A DNA stretch of 64,000 nt, from the NCBI GenBank assembly GCA_035500055.1, contig DATJXO010000043.1, positions 245-64,244 of the forward strand, given 5' to 3'. This stretch comes from Burkholderiales bacterium. Its GTDB lineage: Bacteria > Pseudomonadota > Gammaproteobacteria > Burkholderiales > SG8-39. A program made the position numbers and the translations under genes. The notes under the pieces were generated by a model. It searched no databases and was not told where the DNA came from. It was given only the letters and a program-made list of their open reading frames with translations. Of this stretch, positions 43,299 through 53,745 are shown one piece after another; the stretch's first letter is position 1, and every line of letters starts with the position of its first letter.

Positions 43299-44704
43299 CA
43301 GTGCGCCCGCGCCGGCAGCTCCACTACCTTCGCGCGCCCGCCGGCGAGATGGCGCGCGAGGATCCTGTACAGGTCGGGGTCGAAGCGCGCCCGCCGCCGG
43401 TCCTCGAGCAGCTCGGCGACCTCGGCCTCGCTCGCCGCCGTGCCGAGGAGGCACCATTGGTCGACGACGTGGATCTCCGCCGCGTCGTGTCCGCGGTCCT
43501 CCTCGACGACGGCGATCGGGCCGCGCCACGGCCAGGCGGCGGTCCTGAGGCGCGCGAGCGCGGCGGCGGCGCGTGCGAGGTGCGCCTGCGCACCCTCGCG
43601 CCCCGCGCAGACGCCGGCGCAGCGCCTGATCTGGTGGCGGAAGCACGGTCCGCGCCCGGCGCGCTCGAAGCCGAGCGCGCGCAAGCACAGCCCGTGCGCG
43701 TCGGCCAGGCCGCGCAGCGCCTCGAGCGCGGCGCGCCGCGAGCGGAACACGCCGTGCAGCAGGGGGAGCGTTTCCGCATTTATTTCCTCTCCATCCACGA
43801 GCCTGAGGGTATGGAGATCGAAACTGAAGCCGCACAAGTCCTTCGCCGGCTTGAGATGGCGGTTGAACAACGGCGCCAGCTCCTTCACCAGCGCGTTCTC
43901 GGCGAGCAGGGCGCCCAGCTCGCCGCGGGTCCGGCGCCACTCGATGCGGCGCAGCTGGCGCGCGATCTCGGCCTCGCGCGGCGAGCGCGCGCCGCCGGCG
44001 AAGTGCTGCAGCACGCGGCTGCGCAGCGCCACGCTCTTGCCGACATAGAGCGGCGCGCCGCGCTCGCCATAGAACAGGTACACGCCCGGCGCCTCGGGGA
44101 TGGCGTCGATTGCCGTGCTCTCGATGTGCGCCGGCAGCGACGGCAGGCGCGAGAGCTGGCCCGCCGCCTCGGCGAGCGCATCGGCGCCGCGCTCCTCGGC
44201 GGCGACGTTGAGGAACTGCCACACCGCCTGCGCGTCGCCGAGCGCGCGGTGGCGCGCCGCGCAGCGCAGCCCGTGGCGCTCGATCAGGCTGTCGAGGTTG
44301 TGCCGCGCGTGGCCCGGGTAGAGCCTGCGCGACAGCTTCACCGTGCACAGCGTCCGCGCCTGGAAGCGGATGCCGGCGCGCTCGAAGGAGTGGCGCAGGA
44401 AGCCGTAGTCGAAGCGTGCGTTGTGCGCGACGAAGACGCGGTTCTCCAGCCGCTCGTAGAGGCCGGCGGCGAGCGCCTCGAACGGCGGCGCGTCCGCCAC
44501 CATCGCGTTGGTGATCCCGGTGAGCGCCTGGATCGCCGCCGGGATCGGCGTGCCGGGGTTGACCAGCGTCGACCACTCCTGCACCACCTCGCCGCGCTCG
44601 ACCTCGACCACCGCGATCTCGGTGACGCGGTCCCACATCGGGTGCGCGCCGGTCGTCTCGAGGTCGACGATCGCGAGCGGGGAATCGAGGATCTGCAGCG
44701 TCAC
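43298..44704 (-). CDS. DEDDh 3'-5' exonuclease (DnaQ-like) fused to GIY-YIG (Cho/UvrC-N-like) nuclease domain
   Basis: The N-terminus AIVDLETTG...VAHNARFDYGFL...HRALGDA gives the Exo I-III motifs. The middle GVYLFYGERGAPLYVGKSVALRSRVLQH is a GIY-YIG motif. Confidence 0.85.
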   Translation of the reverse strand: MTLQILDSPLAIVDLETTGAHPMWDRVTEIAVVEVERGEVVQEWSTLVNPGTPIPAAIQALTGITNAMVADAPPFEALAAGLYERLENRVFVAHNARFDYGFLRHSFERAGIRFQARTLCTVKLSRRLYPGHARHNLDSLIERHGLRCAARHRALGDAQAVWQFLNVAAEERGADALAEAAGQLSRLPSLPAHIESTAIDAIPEAPGVYLFYGERGAPLYVGKSVALRSRVLQHFAGGARSPREAEIARQLRRIEWRRTRGELGALLAENALVKELAPLFNRHLKPAKDLCGFSFDLHTLRLVDGEEINAETLPLLHGVFRSRRAALEALRGLADAHGLCLRALGFERAGRGPCFRHQIRRCAGVCAGREGAQAHLARAAAALARLRTAAWPWRGPIAVVEEDRGHDAAEIHVVDQWCLLGTAASEAEVAELLEDRRRARFDPDLYRILARHLAGGRAKVVELPARAH

Positions 44705-44790
44705 AGTGGATGGATGTCCAGTAACGGCAATCTACCGCAAAAGCGAAGCCAGCTGCCAGGCCGCGAAGGCAAGGCCCTTGAGGAAGAGCG

Positions 44791-45567
44791 TCACGCGCCC
44801 GCGATCCAGCCTTCGCCGCGGGGCACGCGCCGCGGCAGGCCGTAGTTCGGGCGGTGCGCGGCCGCTGCCGCCTGCACCGCGCACAGCACCGCGTCCAGCG
44901 TGTCGCCAGAGGGATCCGCGATGATTTGCCTTCTCAATGCATTCGACACCCTGACCGGGACGGCCGCGAGAATCTCCCTCCGTTTTCCTCTCTGTTCAGG
45001 CGTCTGTCTGGCTCGGTCGTCGCTCTTGTAGGGCGCGCGCCCGACGATGGAGCGCGCGAGCAGCCCCGGATAGGCCTCCAGCGCCACGCGCGTACGGTCG
45101 CCCGCGGCGAGGCCCGGCACGTGCACGCCCGCTTCGGCCAGCCGCGGCGCGCCCTCGTGGAACATCAGCGCCACCGGGGGGTTGACCAGCTTCATCGGGC
45201 TGGAGGAGCCGGCGGGAAGGTCGGTGGCGCGGTGGGCGTACTTGCGTCCCGCCGGACGCGTGGCGCGATAGCCGTCGAGGATCCCGCGCCACTCGCGCCG
45301 CGCCAGCCCGGCGCAGAAGGCGACGAGGCGCCGCCAGTCGCGCGGCCAGCCGAGGTCGCGCAGCATCTCGCGCGGCAGGCCGAACGGGAAGTCGAAGCCG
45401 CCGATCCAGGGGCCGGGCCGCAGCAGGAATGCCTCGAAGGCATCGAAGCTCCGGAGGCATTCGATCGAAACGACCTCGATCCGGGACCCGCGCGCGCATC
45501 CTTCCGCCACGACGATGGGCTTCGCGCGGCAGGGCGCGGAAGTGAAATCGACGCCGTAGACCGTCAA
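44791..45567 (-). CDS. DUF429 domain-containing protein
   Basis: Lies inside ORF 44791..45717. TTG 45567 (TVYGVDFTSAP...) overlaps the upstream stop (TTGA). The pattern VYGVDF...GFDFPFGLP...LEAYPG is typical of DUF429. Confidence 0.65.
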   Translation of the reverse strand: MTVYGVDFTSAPCRAKPIVVAEGCARGSRIEVVSIECLRSFDAFEAFLLRPGPWIGGFDFPFGLPREMLRDLGWPRDWRRLVAFCAGLARREWRGILDGYRATRPAGRKYAHRATDLPAGSSSPMKLVNPPVALMFHEGAPRLAEAGVHVPGLAAGDRTRVALEAYPGLLARSIVGRAPYKSDDRARQTPEQRGKRREILAAVPVRVSNALRRQIIADPSGDTLDAVLCAVQAAAAAHRPNYGLPRRVPRGEGWIAGA

Positions 45568-46031
45568 TGCCGCGCGCACGCGGCGAGCTCGGCGGCCGAG
45601 AGATTGTGGATGGCGCCGAAGCCGGCGACGAAGCGCGCGTCGCGCGGCACGATGCGCCAGAACGAGAAGTCGGCGAGCTCGAAGTTGATCGACTGCTCCG
45701 GAAAGCGGGCCAGCCACGCGGCTTTCAGGCTTTCATGTTCTTTTGCCTGATTCGATACCTGAGCGGCGGTACCCCGAACGGTGGCCCGCATGAGCGTAAA
45801 GGGGTCCGCCCGGCCGTCGTCGGTCTCGGCGACCGAAAGCGCCACCCGCGGGTCCTTGAGCATGTCCTGCGTGTGCCAGGCGAGGCGGCTGACGTGGACG
45901 TGGAAGGCGGCGAAATCGGCGGCGGGGAGGAACAGCGTCATCGAAGCCATCGGCGCGCCCTGGCGCAGCGTCGCGAGGTGCGCGATGCGCTCCCTGCGCA
46001 GGAGCGCCGCGAGGACGGGGCCGAAGTCCAT
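45564..46031 (-). CDS. pyridoxamine 5'-phosphate oxidase-like FMN-binding split-barrel protein
   Basis: 155 aa: ...RIAHLATL..GAPMASMTLF...FHVHVSRLAWHTQDMLKDPRVALSV..., the general PNPOx/HugZ-like pattern. Confidence 0.6.
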   Translation of the reverse strand: MDFGPVLAALLRRERIAHLATLRQGAPMASMTLFLPAADFAAFHVHVSRLAWHTQDMLKDPRVALSVAETDDGRADPFTLMRATVRGTAAQVSNQAKEHESLKAAWLARFPEQSINFELADFSFWRIVPRDARFVAGFGAIHNLSAAELAACARH

Positions 46032-46060
46032 CGCGGCGATTGTAGTATTCTCGCGCCACC

Positions 46061-47302
46061 GTGCGGTACGAGCTTCTGGTCGGCCTGCGCTACACTCGCG
46101 CCAAGCGCCGCAACCACTTCATCAGCTTCATCTCGCTCCTGTCGATGGCCGGCATCGCGCTCGGCGTCGCGGCGCTGATCGTGGTGCTGTCGGTGATGAA
46201 CGGCTTCCAGAAGGAGCTGCGCACGCGCATCCTCGGGGTCGCCTCCCACGTGCAGGTGAGCGGCGCCGACAACCGCCTCGCCGACTGGCAGCCGGTGGCG
46301 AAGCTGGCGCTGGAGGACCCGCGCGTCGTGGCGGCGGCGCCGTTCGTCGACGCGCAGGGCATGCTCGCGGAGGGCGAGCGGGTGCGCGGCAGCGTGATCC
46401 GCGGCATCCTGCCGGAGCGCGAGCGTCAGGTCGCCGACCTCGGCAGCCACATGCGCGCCGGGAGCCTCGCCTCGCTCAAGCCGGGCGAGTTCAACATCGT
46501 GCTGGGGTCCGAGCTGGCGCGCGCGCTCGGCGCGCTGCCCGGCGACAAGGTGGTGCTGATCGCGCCGCAGGGGCAGGTGACCCCCGCGGGCGTGATCCCG
46601 CGGCTGAAGCGCTTCACGGTGAGCGGCATCTTCGAGGTCGGCATGTTCGAGTACGACTCGGGCCTTGCGCTCGTCAACCTGGCCGACGCGCAGCTGCTGT
46701 ACCAGATGGGCTCCGCGGTGTCGGGCGTGCGGCTGCGGCTGAAGGACCTGTTCGAGGCGCGCGCGGTGGCGCGCGAGCTCGGCGCGCGGCTGGATCACGA
46801 TCTCTACGCCACCGACTGGACCCGCAGCCACGCCAACTTCTTCCGCGCCGTCGAGATCGAGAAGCACGTGATGTTCGTGATCCTGACGCTGATCGTGGCG
46901 GTGGCGGCGTTCAACATCGTCTCCACGCTGGTGATGCTGGTCACCGACAAGCAGGCCGACATCGCGATCCTGCGCACGCTCGGCGCGCCGCCGGCCTCGA
47001 TCGTGCAGATTTTCATGATCCAGGGCTCGGTGATCGGCGTCATCGGCACCCTGGTCGGCGTGGTGGGCGGCACGCTGCTGGCGCTGAACGTGCCGACGGT
47101 GGTGCCCTGGATCGAGCACCTGCTCGGCGTGCACATCCTGTCGAAGGACGTGTACTACATCTCCGAGCTGCCGTCCGACGTGCAGCTGCCCGACATCGTC
47201 ACCATCGGCGTGGTGTCGCTGGTGCTGTCGTTCCTCGCCACGCTCTACCCGAGCTGGCGCGCCTCGCGCGTCAATCCGGCCGAAGCCCTGCGCTATGAAT
47301 GA
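46061..47302 (+). CDS. lipoprotein-releasing ABC transporter permease (LolC/LolE family)
   Basis: [47 protein letters not shown] parallels the E. coli LolC N-terminus. FtsX-like C-terminus. Confidence 0.9.
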   Translation: MRYELLVGLRYTRAKRRNHFISFISLLSMAGIALGVAALIVVLSVMNGFQKELRTRILGVASHVQVSGADNRLADWQPVAKLALEDPRVVAAAPFVDAQGMLAEGERVRGSVIRGILPERERQVADLGSHMRAGSLASLKPGEFNIVLGSELARALGALPGDKVVLIAPQGQVTPAGVIPRLKRFTVSGIFEVGMFEYDSGLALVNLADAQLLYQMGSAVSGVRLRLKDLFEARAVARELGARLDHDLYATDWTRSHANFFRAVEIEKHVMFVILTLIVAVAAFNIVSTLVMLVTDKQADIAILRTLGAPPASIVQIFMIQGSVIGVIGTLVGVVGGTLLALNVPTVVPWIEHLLGVHILSKDVYYISELPSDVQLPDIVTIGVVSLVLSFLATLYPSWRASRVNPAEALRYE

Positions 47303-47972
47303 ACCGGTACTGAGCTGCAAGGATCTGCGGAAGACATACCGGGGACCTGCGCCGGTTCACGTGCTGCTCGGCGTCGACTTCGAGGTGCGCGCCGGCGAGC
47401 ACGTCGCAATCATGGGCCGCTCGGGCTCCGGCAAGTCGACGCTGCTGCACCTGCTGGGCGGCCTCGACGAGCCCACCGCCGGCGCGGTGCGCCTGCAGGG
47501 GCGCGATCTGCGCGCGATGGGCGAGCGGGAGCGCGGCGAGGCGCGCAACCGCGCGCTCGGCTTCGTCTACCAGTTCCACCACCTGCTGCCCGAATTCACC
47601 GCGGAGGAGAACGTGGCGATGCCGCTGTTCATCCGGCGGATCGACCGCGGCACGGCGCTGGAGCGAGCGCGCGGCGTGCTTGCCGAGGTCGGGCTCACGG
47701 CGCGGCGCGCGCATCTGCCGGGCGAGCTCTCCGGCGGCGAGCGCCAGCGCTGCGCGTTCGCGCGGGCGATGGTGGCCGCGCCCGCCTGCGTGCTGGCGGA
47801 CGAGCCGACCGGCAACCTCGATGCGCAGACCGCGGAGGAGGTGTTCGAGGCGATGCTGCGCCTGCAGCGCAGCCAGGGCACCGCGTTCGTGCTGGTGACG
47901 CACGACGCCGGGCTCGCCGCGCGCACCGGGCGCGTGCTGCAGCTGCGCGACGGCCGGCTGAGCCCGGGCTGA
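47295..47972 (+). CDS. lolD: lipoprotein-releasing ABC transporter ATP-binding protein LolD
   Basis: Walker [10 protein letters not shown], signature LSGGERQR and Walker [12 protein letters not shown]. Overlaps the permease gene by 8 nt. Confidence 0.9.
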   Translation: MNEPVLSCKDLRKTYRGPAPVHVLLGVDFEVRAGEHVAIMGRSGSGKSTLLHLLGGLDEPTAGAVRLQGRDLRAMGERERGEARNRALGFVYQFHHLLPEFTAEENVAMPLFIRRIDRGTALERARGVLAEVGLTARRAHLPGELSGGERQRCAFARAMVAAPACVLADEPTGNLDAQTAEEVFEAMLRLQRSQGTAFVLVTHDAGLAARTGRVLQLRDGRLSPG

Positions 47973-47982
47973 AGGGCGCGCG

Positions 47983-49536
47983 GTGGGCGCCGTCCAGACC
48001 CTGGTGTTCCTGGTGCTGTGCGCGGTGGTGCTGGGCTGGCTCGCGCGACGCGCCGGCGTGCCTTACCCGATCGCGCTGGTGCTGGGCGGCGGCGCGCTCG
48101 GCTTCGCGCCCGGGCTGCCGCAGCTCGCGGTGGATCCGCAGTTCCTGCTGGTGCTGGTGCTGCCGCCGGTGCTCTACCAGGCCGCGCTGCTGACGTCGTG
48201 GCGCGACTTCAAGGCCAACCTGCGCCCGATCGGGCTGCTCGCGATCGGCCTGGTCATCGTCACCACGCTCGCGGTCGGCGCGGCGCTGCGCCTGATGGCG
48301 CCCGACATCCCCTGGGCGGTGGCGTTCGTCTTCGGCGCCATCGTCTCGCCGCCGGACGCGGTGGCGGCGACCGCGATCCTGTCGCGCCTCAACATGCCGC
48401 GGCGCATCGTCACGGTGCTCGAGGGCGAGAGCCTGGTGAACGACGCCTCCGGCCTGGTGCTCTACAAGCTCGCCGTGGCGGCGGTGCTCACCGGCACCTT
48501 CTCGTTCGCGCACGCGAGCCTGGACTTCGTCGCGGTCTCGGCCGGCGGCATCGCGCTCGGCGTCGCGCTCGGCTTCGTGTTCCTCGGCCTGCACCGCCTG
48601 GTCGGCGACGCCTTTACCGAAGTGCTGCTGTCGCTGTCGGTGCCCTACGCGGTCTACGTGGTGGCCGAGTCGGCGCACTGCTCCGGCGTGCTGGCGGTGG
48701 TGGCCGCCGGGCTGGTGCGCGGACGCTATACGCCGGCCGTGGTCTCGGCGGAGATGCGGATCCTGGCGCGCTCGGTGTGGAATATCCTGGTGTTCCTGCT
48801 GAACAGCCTCGTTTTCATCCTCATCGGCATGACGCTGTCGGCGGTCACGGCGCGCCTTACCGGCCACGGCGCGTCGCAGCTCGCCCAGACCGCGGCCTGC
48901 GTGGCGCTGGTCGCGATCGCGGTGCGCTTTGCCTGGGTCTACCTGGCGACGCTCGCGCCGCGGGCGCTCAGCGCGCGGCTGCGCGCCGCCGAGCAGGCGC
49001 CGCAGCACGGCGAGGTCTTCATCATGAGCTGGTGCGGCATGCGCGGCATCGTGTCGCTCGCGGCGGCGCTGGCGCTGCCGGTCGAGGTCGAGTCGGGCGC
49101 CGAGTTCCCGCATCGCGACCTGATCATCTTCCTCACCTTCGTGGTGATCGCCGTGACGCTGGTGGTGCAGGGCCTGACGCTGGCGCCGCTGATCCGGGGG
49201 CTGCGCATCGGCACCGACCCGGGCGCGCAGGCCGAGCACGCGCGCGCGCGCCAGGCGCTCGGCGCCGCGGCGCTCGCCGCGATCGATGCCTTCGCGGCGA
49301 GGGAGCCCCTGCCGCGCGACCTCGTGGCGCGGGTGCGCGCCGAGTTCGCCGACCGCATGCACGCCGCGGCGCCGGACGGCGAGCACAGCACGTTCGGCTT
49401 CGGCCGCGAGCTGCGGCTGGCGGCGGTGCGCGCCGAGCGCCAGGAGCTGATCCGCATCTGGCGCGCGGGCGAAATCAGCGACGACGTGCTGCACCATCTC
49501 GAAGAAGAGCTTGACTACGAGGAGCAGCGTTTCTAG
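47983..49536 (+). CDS. Na+/H+ antiporter (CPA1 family)
   Basis: 517 aa, polytopic. The motif VSPPDAVAATAIL...LEGESLVNDASGLVLY is characteristic. Confidence 0.85.
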   Translation: MGAVQTLVFLVLCAVVLGWLARRAGVPYPIALVLGGGALGFAPGLPQLAVDPQFLLVLVLPPVLYQAALLTSWRDFKANLRPIGLLAIGLVIVTTLAVGAALRLMAPDIPWAVAFVFGAIVSPPDAVAATAILSRLNMPRRIVTVLEGESLVNDASGLVLYKLAVAAVLTGTFSFAHASLDFVAVSAGGIALGVALGFVFLGLHRLVGDAFTEVLLSLSVPYAVYVVAESAHCSGVLAVVAAGLVRGRYTPAVVSAEMRILARSVWNILVFLLNSLVFILIGMTLSAVTARLTGHGASQLAQTAACVALVAIAVRFAWVYLATLAPRALSARLRAAEQAPQHGEVFIMSWCGMRGIVSLAAALALPVEVESGAEFPHRDLIIFLTFVVIAVTLVVQGLTLAPLIRGLRIGTDPGAQAEHARARQALGAAALAAIDAFAAREPLPRDLVARVRAEFADRMHAAAPDGEHSTFGFGRELRLAAVRAERQELIRIWRAGEISDDVLHHLEEELDYEEQRF

Positions 49537-49581
49537 GCTGGCGGCAGTTCCCGCGTCGACATCTTCCGGAGGAGCCCGACC

Positions 49582-50112
49582 ATGCCCGCACGCAAGACCC
49601 GCAAGCCCGCGCCAGCGCGCTTCGCGCTCGTCAGTTCCGACATCAAGCAGAACGGCACGATCGCGATGGAGCAGGTGTTCGGCGGCTTCGGCTGCACCGG
49701 CAGGAATATTTCGCCGGCGCTGGCGTGGTCCGGGGCGCCCGAAGGCGCCAGGAGCTTCGCCCTGCTGGTGCACGACCCCGACGCGCCGACCGGCGGCGCG
49801 GGCTGGTGGCACTGGCTGGTGGTGAACATTCCGCCCGGGGTGCGCGCGCTGGCGAAGGGTGCCGGCAGCGCCGACGGGTCGGGCCTTCCGGCCGGCGCGG
49901 TGCAGGTGGCCACCGACTTCGGCAGCCCGGGCTGGGGCGGCCCGTGCCCGCCGCCGGGCGACAAGCCGCACCGCTATATCTTCACGCTCTACGCGCTGAA
50001 GACGGAGAAGATCGACGCCGCTGGCGCCAGCGCTTCGCTGGTCGGCTACATGGTGAACGGAAACGCCATCGCCCGGGCGCGCCTCACCGGGAAATTCGGG
50101 CGCAAGAAATAG
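49582..50112 (+). CDS. YbhB/YbcL family Raf kinase inhibitor-like (PEBP) protein
   Basis: FALLVHDPDAP...WWHWLVVNIP...PPPGDKPHRYIFTLYAL is the bacterial PEBP signature. Confidence 0.85.
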   Translation: MPARKTRKPAPARFALVSSDIKQNGTIAMEQVFGGFGCTGRNISPALAWSGAPEGARSFALLVHDPDAPTGGAGWWHWLVVNIPPGVRALAKGAGSADGSGLPAGAVQVATDFGSPGWGGPCPPPGDKPHRYIFTLYALKTEKIDAAGASASLVGYMVNGNAIARARLTGKFGRKK

Positions 50113-50237
50113 CAGCGGGCCTCAGCGGCGCCCACGGGCGCCGGCGCAGCTCGTCGCCGTCGGGCGGGTACCTGCGGAAGAATTTTCCCGGCATCGGCGG
50201 TCGGCGGCGCTACGCGTCGCGCGTTCAGCGATTCTAG

Positions 50238-52538
50238 ATGACCGCCGCGCTCGTCTCCTTCGCCGCCGGGGTGCTGCTGCTCCAGCTGCGTCCGGAGCTG
50301 CCCGCGATCCAATGGGCCTGCCTTTTCCCGGTCCTTCTGGCAGGTCTGTGCTGGAAAAGGATCCCCAAACCTCCGCTTGCGCTCGCCATCGGCTTCCTCT
50401 GGGCGCTCGGCATGGCGCATTTGCGCATGGCCGACCGCCTGGCGCCGGAGCTGGAGGGCCGGGACCTCGAGGTCGTCGGCGTCGTGGCGAGCCTGCCTTC
50501 GGCGACCGAGCGCGGCGTGCGCTTCGAGCTCGAGCCGGAGTCCGCGCCTGCGCCGCTGCCCCGCCGCGTCCTGGTTTCCTGGTACGGCGAAGCGGAGGGC
50601 GCCGAGCCGGAAGCCGCGGTGCATGCGGGCGAGCGCTGGCGCTTCACGTTGCGGCTGCGCCGGCCGCACGGCAATCTCAACCCGCACGGCTTCGACTACG
50701 AGGGTTGGCTGCTCGAGCGCGGCATCGGCGCCACCGGCTACGTGCGGCCGGGTGCGCCGCCCGCTTTGCTGGGGAGCGATCCCGGCTTCTCGTCGTTCGT
50801 GGAAGGGTTGAGGGAGGAAATCCGGGATCGCTTCAAGCGCGTGCTGGGCGAGACCCCGGCGAGCGGCATCCTGGCGGCGCTCGCGGTCGGGGACCAGCGC
50901 TCGATCTCGCCCGAGGAGTGGCGGCTCTTCAACCGCACCGGCGTCACGCACCTGATGAGCATTTCCGGCCTGCATGTGACGCTGGTGTCGGGCCTGGTCG
51001 CCTGGCTCGCCGCAGCGCTGTGGCGCCGCGTGCCGCGCCTGGCGCTTGCGCTGCCGGCGCGCAAGGCGGGCGCCGCGGCCGCGATCCTCGGCGCGCTCGG
51101 CTACACGCTGCTCGCGGGGTGCGGCGTCCCGGCGCAGCGCACCTTCTGGATGGTGACCGTGGTTGCCGCCGCGCTCTGGTCGGGACGCATCGCCACGCCC
51201 TCGCGCGCGCTCGCATGGGCGCTCGCGGTGGTGCTGGCGTTCGATCCGTGGGCGGTGCTGGCGCCGGGCTTCTGGCTCTCGTTCGGCGCCGTCGCGCTCA
51301 TCTTCTACGTGGCGCAGGAGGGCGAGCCGGCGTGGCGCCAGTGGATCCGGGTGCAGTGGGCCGTCACGGTCGGCCTCGCGCCCGCCGCGCTGCTGCTCTT
51401 CTCGCAGGTGTCGCTGGTCGGGCCGCTCGCCAACGCCGTCGCGATCCCGCTGGTGTCGGTCGTGGTGACGCCGCTTGCGCTCGCCGCGGCGGCGTTGCCG
51501 TGGGCGGCGCCGCTACGGCTCGCCGCCTGGCTGACCGGGCTGCTGCTGCAGTTCCTGGAATGGTGCGCTTCGCTGCCCGCCGCGCTTTGGCAGCAGCACG
51601 CGCCTCCGCTGTGGGCGGTATTGCTCGCGCTCGCCGGCGTCGCGTGGCTGCTCGCGCCGCGCGGCACGCCGTGGCGCGCGGCCGGCCTCGCGCTGATGCT
51701 GCCGGCGGCTGCGCTGCCGCCGCCCGCGCCCGCCGAGGGCGAGGCCTGGATCGAGACGCTCGACGTCGGCCAAGGGCTCGCAGTGCTGGTGCGCACCTCC
51801 AGGCACGTGCTGCTCTACGACACGGGCCCGGCCTTCGGCGGCGGAGACAGCGGCGAGCGCATCATCGCTCCGCGCCTGCGTGCCGCGGGCCTGTCGCGCC
51901 TCGACGCCATGGTCGTCACGCACGACGACATGGACCACGCGGGCGGCGCCGCCTCGACGCTGGCGGAGTTCGAGACCGGCGAGCTGCTGTCGTCGCTCCC
52001 TGACTCGCATCCGCTGCTGCGCGCCGCGCCGGCGGCGCGACGCTGCGCCGCGGGCGAGACCTGGGACTGGGACGGCGTGCGCTTCGCGTTCCTTCACCCG
52101 GCGGCGGGTTGGGCGCCGCCGGGCAGGAAGGTCAAGGCGAACGACCTCAGCTGCGTGCTGCGCGTGAGCGCCGCGGGCGGCGGCACGGCGCTGCTTGCCG
52201 GCGACATCGAGAAGCCGGCGGAGGCCCGGCTGCTTGCCGAGGCGACGGGCGCGCTGCGCGCGGACGTGCTGCTCGTGCCGCACCACGGCAGCCGCACCTC
52301 GTCGAGCGCCGCGTTCCTCGCCGCGGTGCATCCGGCGGTCGGCGTGGTCGCGGCCGGCTATCGCAACCGATTCGGCCATCCTAGCGCCGAGGTGCTGGCG
52401 CGCTACGCGGCCCTGGGGACCGTGGTACACCGCACCGACCTCGAAGGCGCGGTCACCGCCCTCCTTTCGGCGCAGGGCGTACGGGTCCTGACGGAACGCT
52501 CGGCCCGGCGGCGGTACTGGCACGACGCGGCGCGCTGA
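50238..52538 (+). CDS. DNA internalization-related competence protein ComEC/Rec2
   Basis: 766 aa with a competence-domain membrane core (NRTGVTHLMSISGLHV) and a C-terminal metallo-beta-lactamase domain (LDVGQGLAVLV...VVTHDDMDHAGG...VPHHGS). Confidence 0.85.
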   Translation: MTAALVSFAAGVLLLQLRPELPAIQWACLFPVLLAGLCWKRIPKPPLALAIGFLWALGMAHLRMADRLAPELEGRDLEVVGVVASLPSATERGVRFELEPESAPAPLPRRVLVSWYGEAEGAEPEAAVHAGERWRFTLRLRRPHGNLNPHGFDYEGWLLERGIGATGYVRPGAPPALLGSDPGFSSFVEGLREEIRDRFKRVLGETPASGILAALAVGDQRSISPEEWRLFNRTGVTHLMSISGLHVTLVSGLVAWLAAALWRRVPRLALALPARKAGAAAAILGALGYTLLAGCGVPAQRTFWMVTVVAAALWSGRIATPSRALAWALAVVLAFDPWAVLAPGFWLSFGAVALIFYVAQEGEPAWRQWIRVQWAVTVGLAPAALLLFSQVSLVGPLANAVAIPLVSVVVTPLALAAAALPWAAPLRLAAWLTGLLLQFLEWCASLPAALWQQHAPPLWAVLLALAGVAWLLAPRGTPWRAAGLALMLPAAALPPPAPAEGEAWIETLDVGQGLAVLVRTSRHVLLYDTGPAFGGGDSGERIIAPRLRAAGLSRLDAMVVTHDDMDHAGGAASTLAEFETGELLSSLPDSHPLLRAAPAARRCAAGETWDWDGVRFAFLHPAAGWAPPGRKVKANDLSCVLRVSAAGGGTALLAGDIEKPAEARLLAEATGALRADVLLVPHHGSRTSSSAAFLAAVHPAVGVVAAGYRNRFGHPSAEVLARYAALGTVVHRTDLEGAVTALLSAQGVRVLTERSARRRYWHDAAR

Positions 52539-52622
52539 GGCGATAATGGCCGGGCGGGCGCCTGCAAGGCTCCCGCAGCGGAACGATCCCCACCAACCAG
52601 CAGCACTCGAGGAGGGCACATC

Positions 52623-52844
52623 ATGGCCAAGAAGGGTGGTAGCGCGGTCTACCGGGTTACCGACGTCATCGGCACCAGCAGCACCTCGTGGGAGGATGCG
52701 GCGCGCAGCGCGGTCAAGACCGCATCGAAGTCGCTGCGGGACCTGCGCATCGCGGAGGTGACCAAGCTCGACGTCAAGGTGGAGAACGGCAAGGTGACGC
52801 AGTTCCGCACGCGGCTCTCGCTCTCGTTCAAGTACGGGTCCTGA
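52623..52844 (+). CDS. dodecin family flavin-binding protein
   Basis: 73 aa: VYRVTDVIGTSSTSWEDAARSAVKTASKSLRDLRIAEV...V.NGKV..FR is a typical dodecin. Confidence 0.85.
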   Translation: MAKKGGSAVYRVTDVIGTSSTSWEDAARSAVKTASKSLRDLRIAEVTKLDVKVENGKVTQFRTRLSLSFKYGS

Positions 52845-52845
52845 G

Positions 52846-53745
52846 GTGGACGCCGCGATCGCCGCCGGGCAGGCCCGCGCCGCGGTCGCGGCGGCGGGCC
52901 GCCGCCGCAGCGTGCAGTGCGCCTCGCCGAAGGGGCTGCACCGCATCAGCTACCTGGAGTGGGGCGACCCGGCGAACGACCGGGTGCTCGTGTGCGTGCA
53001 TGGCCTGACTCGCTGCGCGCGCGATTTCGACAATCTGGCGGCGGCGATGAGCGACCGCTACCGGGTAGTGTGCCCCGATGTCGCCGGGCGCGGCGACTCG
53101 GACTGGCTCGCCGACCCGATGCTCTACCAGCCGCCGCAGTACGTCGCCGACATGGTGACGCTGGTCGCGCGGCTCGACGTCGAGACGGTGCACTGGGTGG
53201 GCACCTCGATGGGCGCGCTGATCGGCATGGCGCTTGCCGCGCAGCCCGGCACCCCGGTGCGCAGGCTCGTGTTGAACGAGTTCGGGCCGGTGATCGCCAA
53301 GGCCTCGATCGAGCGCATCGCGAGCTACGTCGGCATGGCGCCCACCCTTCCCGACATGGCCGCGGCGGAGAAGTACGTGCGGGCGGTGAGCGCGCCCTTT
53401 GGGCCGCACAGCGACGCCGAGTGGCGCTTCCTGACCGAAGTGGTGATGCGCGCCAACGCCGACGGCACGCTGCGCCTGCACTACGACCCGAAGCTCGCCG
53501 AGCCGTTCCGCGCCAACGTGCCGGAGAAGGACCTCGAGCTGTGGCCGGTGTGGGACGCAATCCGCTGCCCGACGCTGGTGCTGCGCGGCGCGCTCTCGGA
53601 CCTGCTCAGCCGCGAGACCTGCGGCCGCATGGCCGAGCGCGGGCCGAAGGCGAAGGTGGTCGAGATCCCCGGCGTCGGTCACGCGCCGACGCTGATGCAC
53701 GCGGACCAGATCAGCCTGGTGCGCGACTTCCTGCTCGCTGGCTGA
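52846..53745 (+). CDS. alpha/beta fold hydrolase
   Basis: HGLTRCARDF oxyanion region and nucleophile elbow GTSMGA. C-terminal IPGVGHAPTL. Confidence 0.8.
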   Translation: MDAAIAAGQARAAVAAAGRRRSVQCASPKGLHRISYLEWGDPANDRVLVCVHGLTRCARDFDNLAAAMSDRYRVVCPDVAGRGDSDWLADPMLYQPPQYVADMVTLVARLDVETVHWVGTSMGALIGMALAAQPGTPVRRLVLNEFGPVIAKASIERIASYVGMAPTLPDMAAAEKYVRAVSAPFGPHSDAEWRFLTEVVMRANADGTLRLHYDPKLAEPFRANVPEKDLELWPVWDAIRCPTLVLRGALSDLLSRETCGRMAERGPKAKVVEIPGVGHAPTLMHADQISLVRDFLLAG

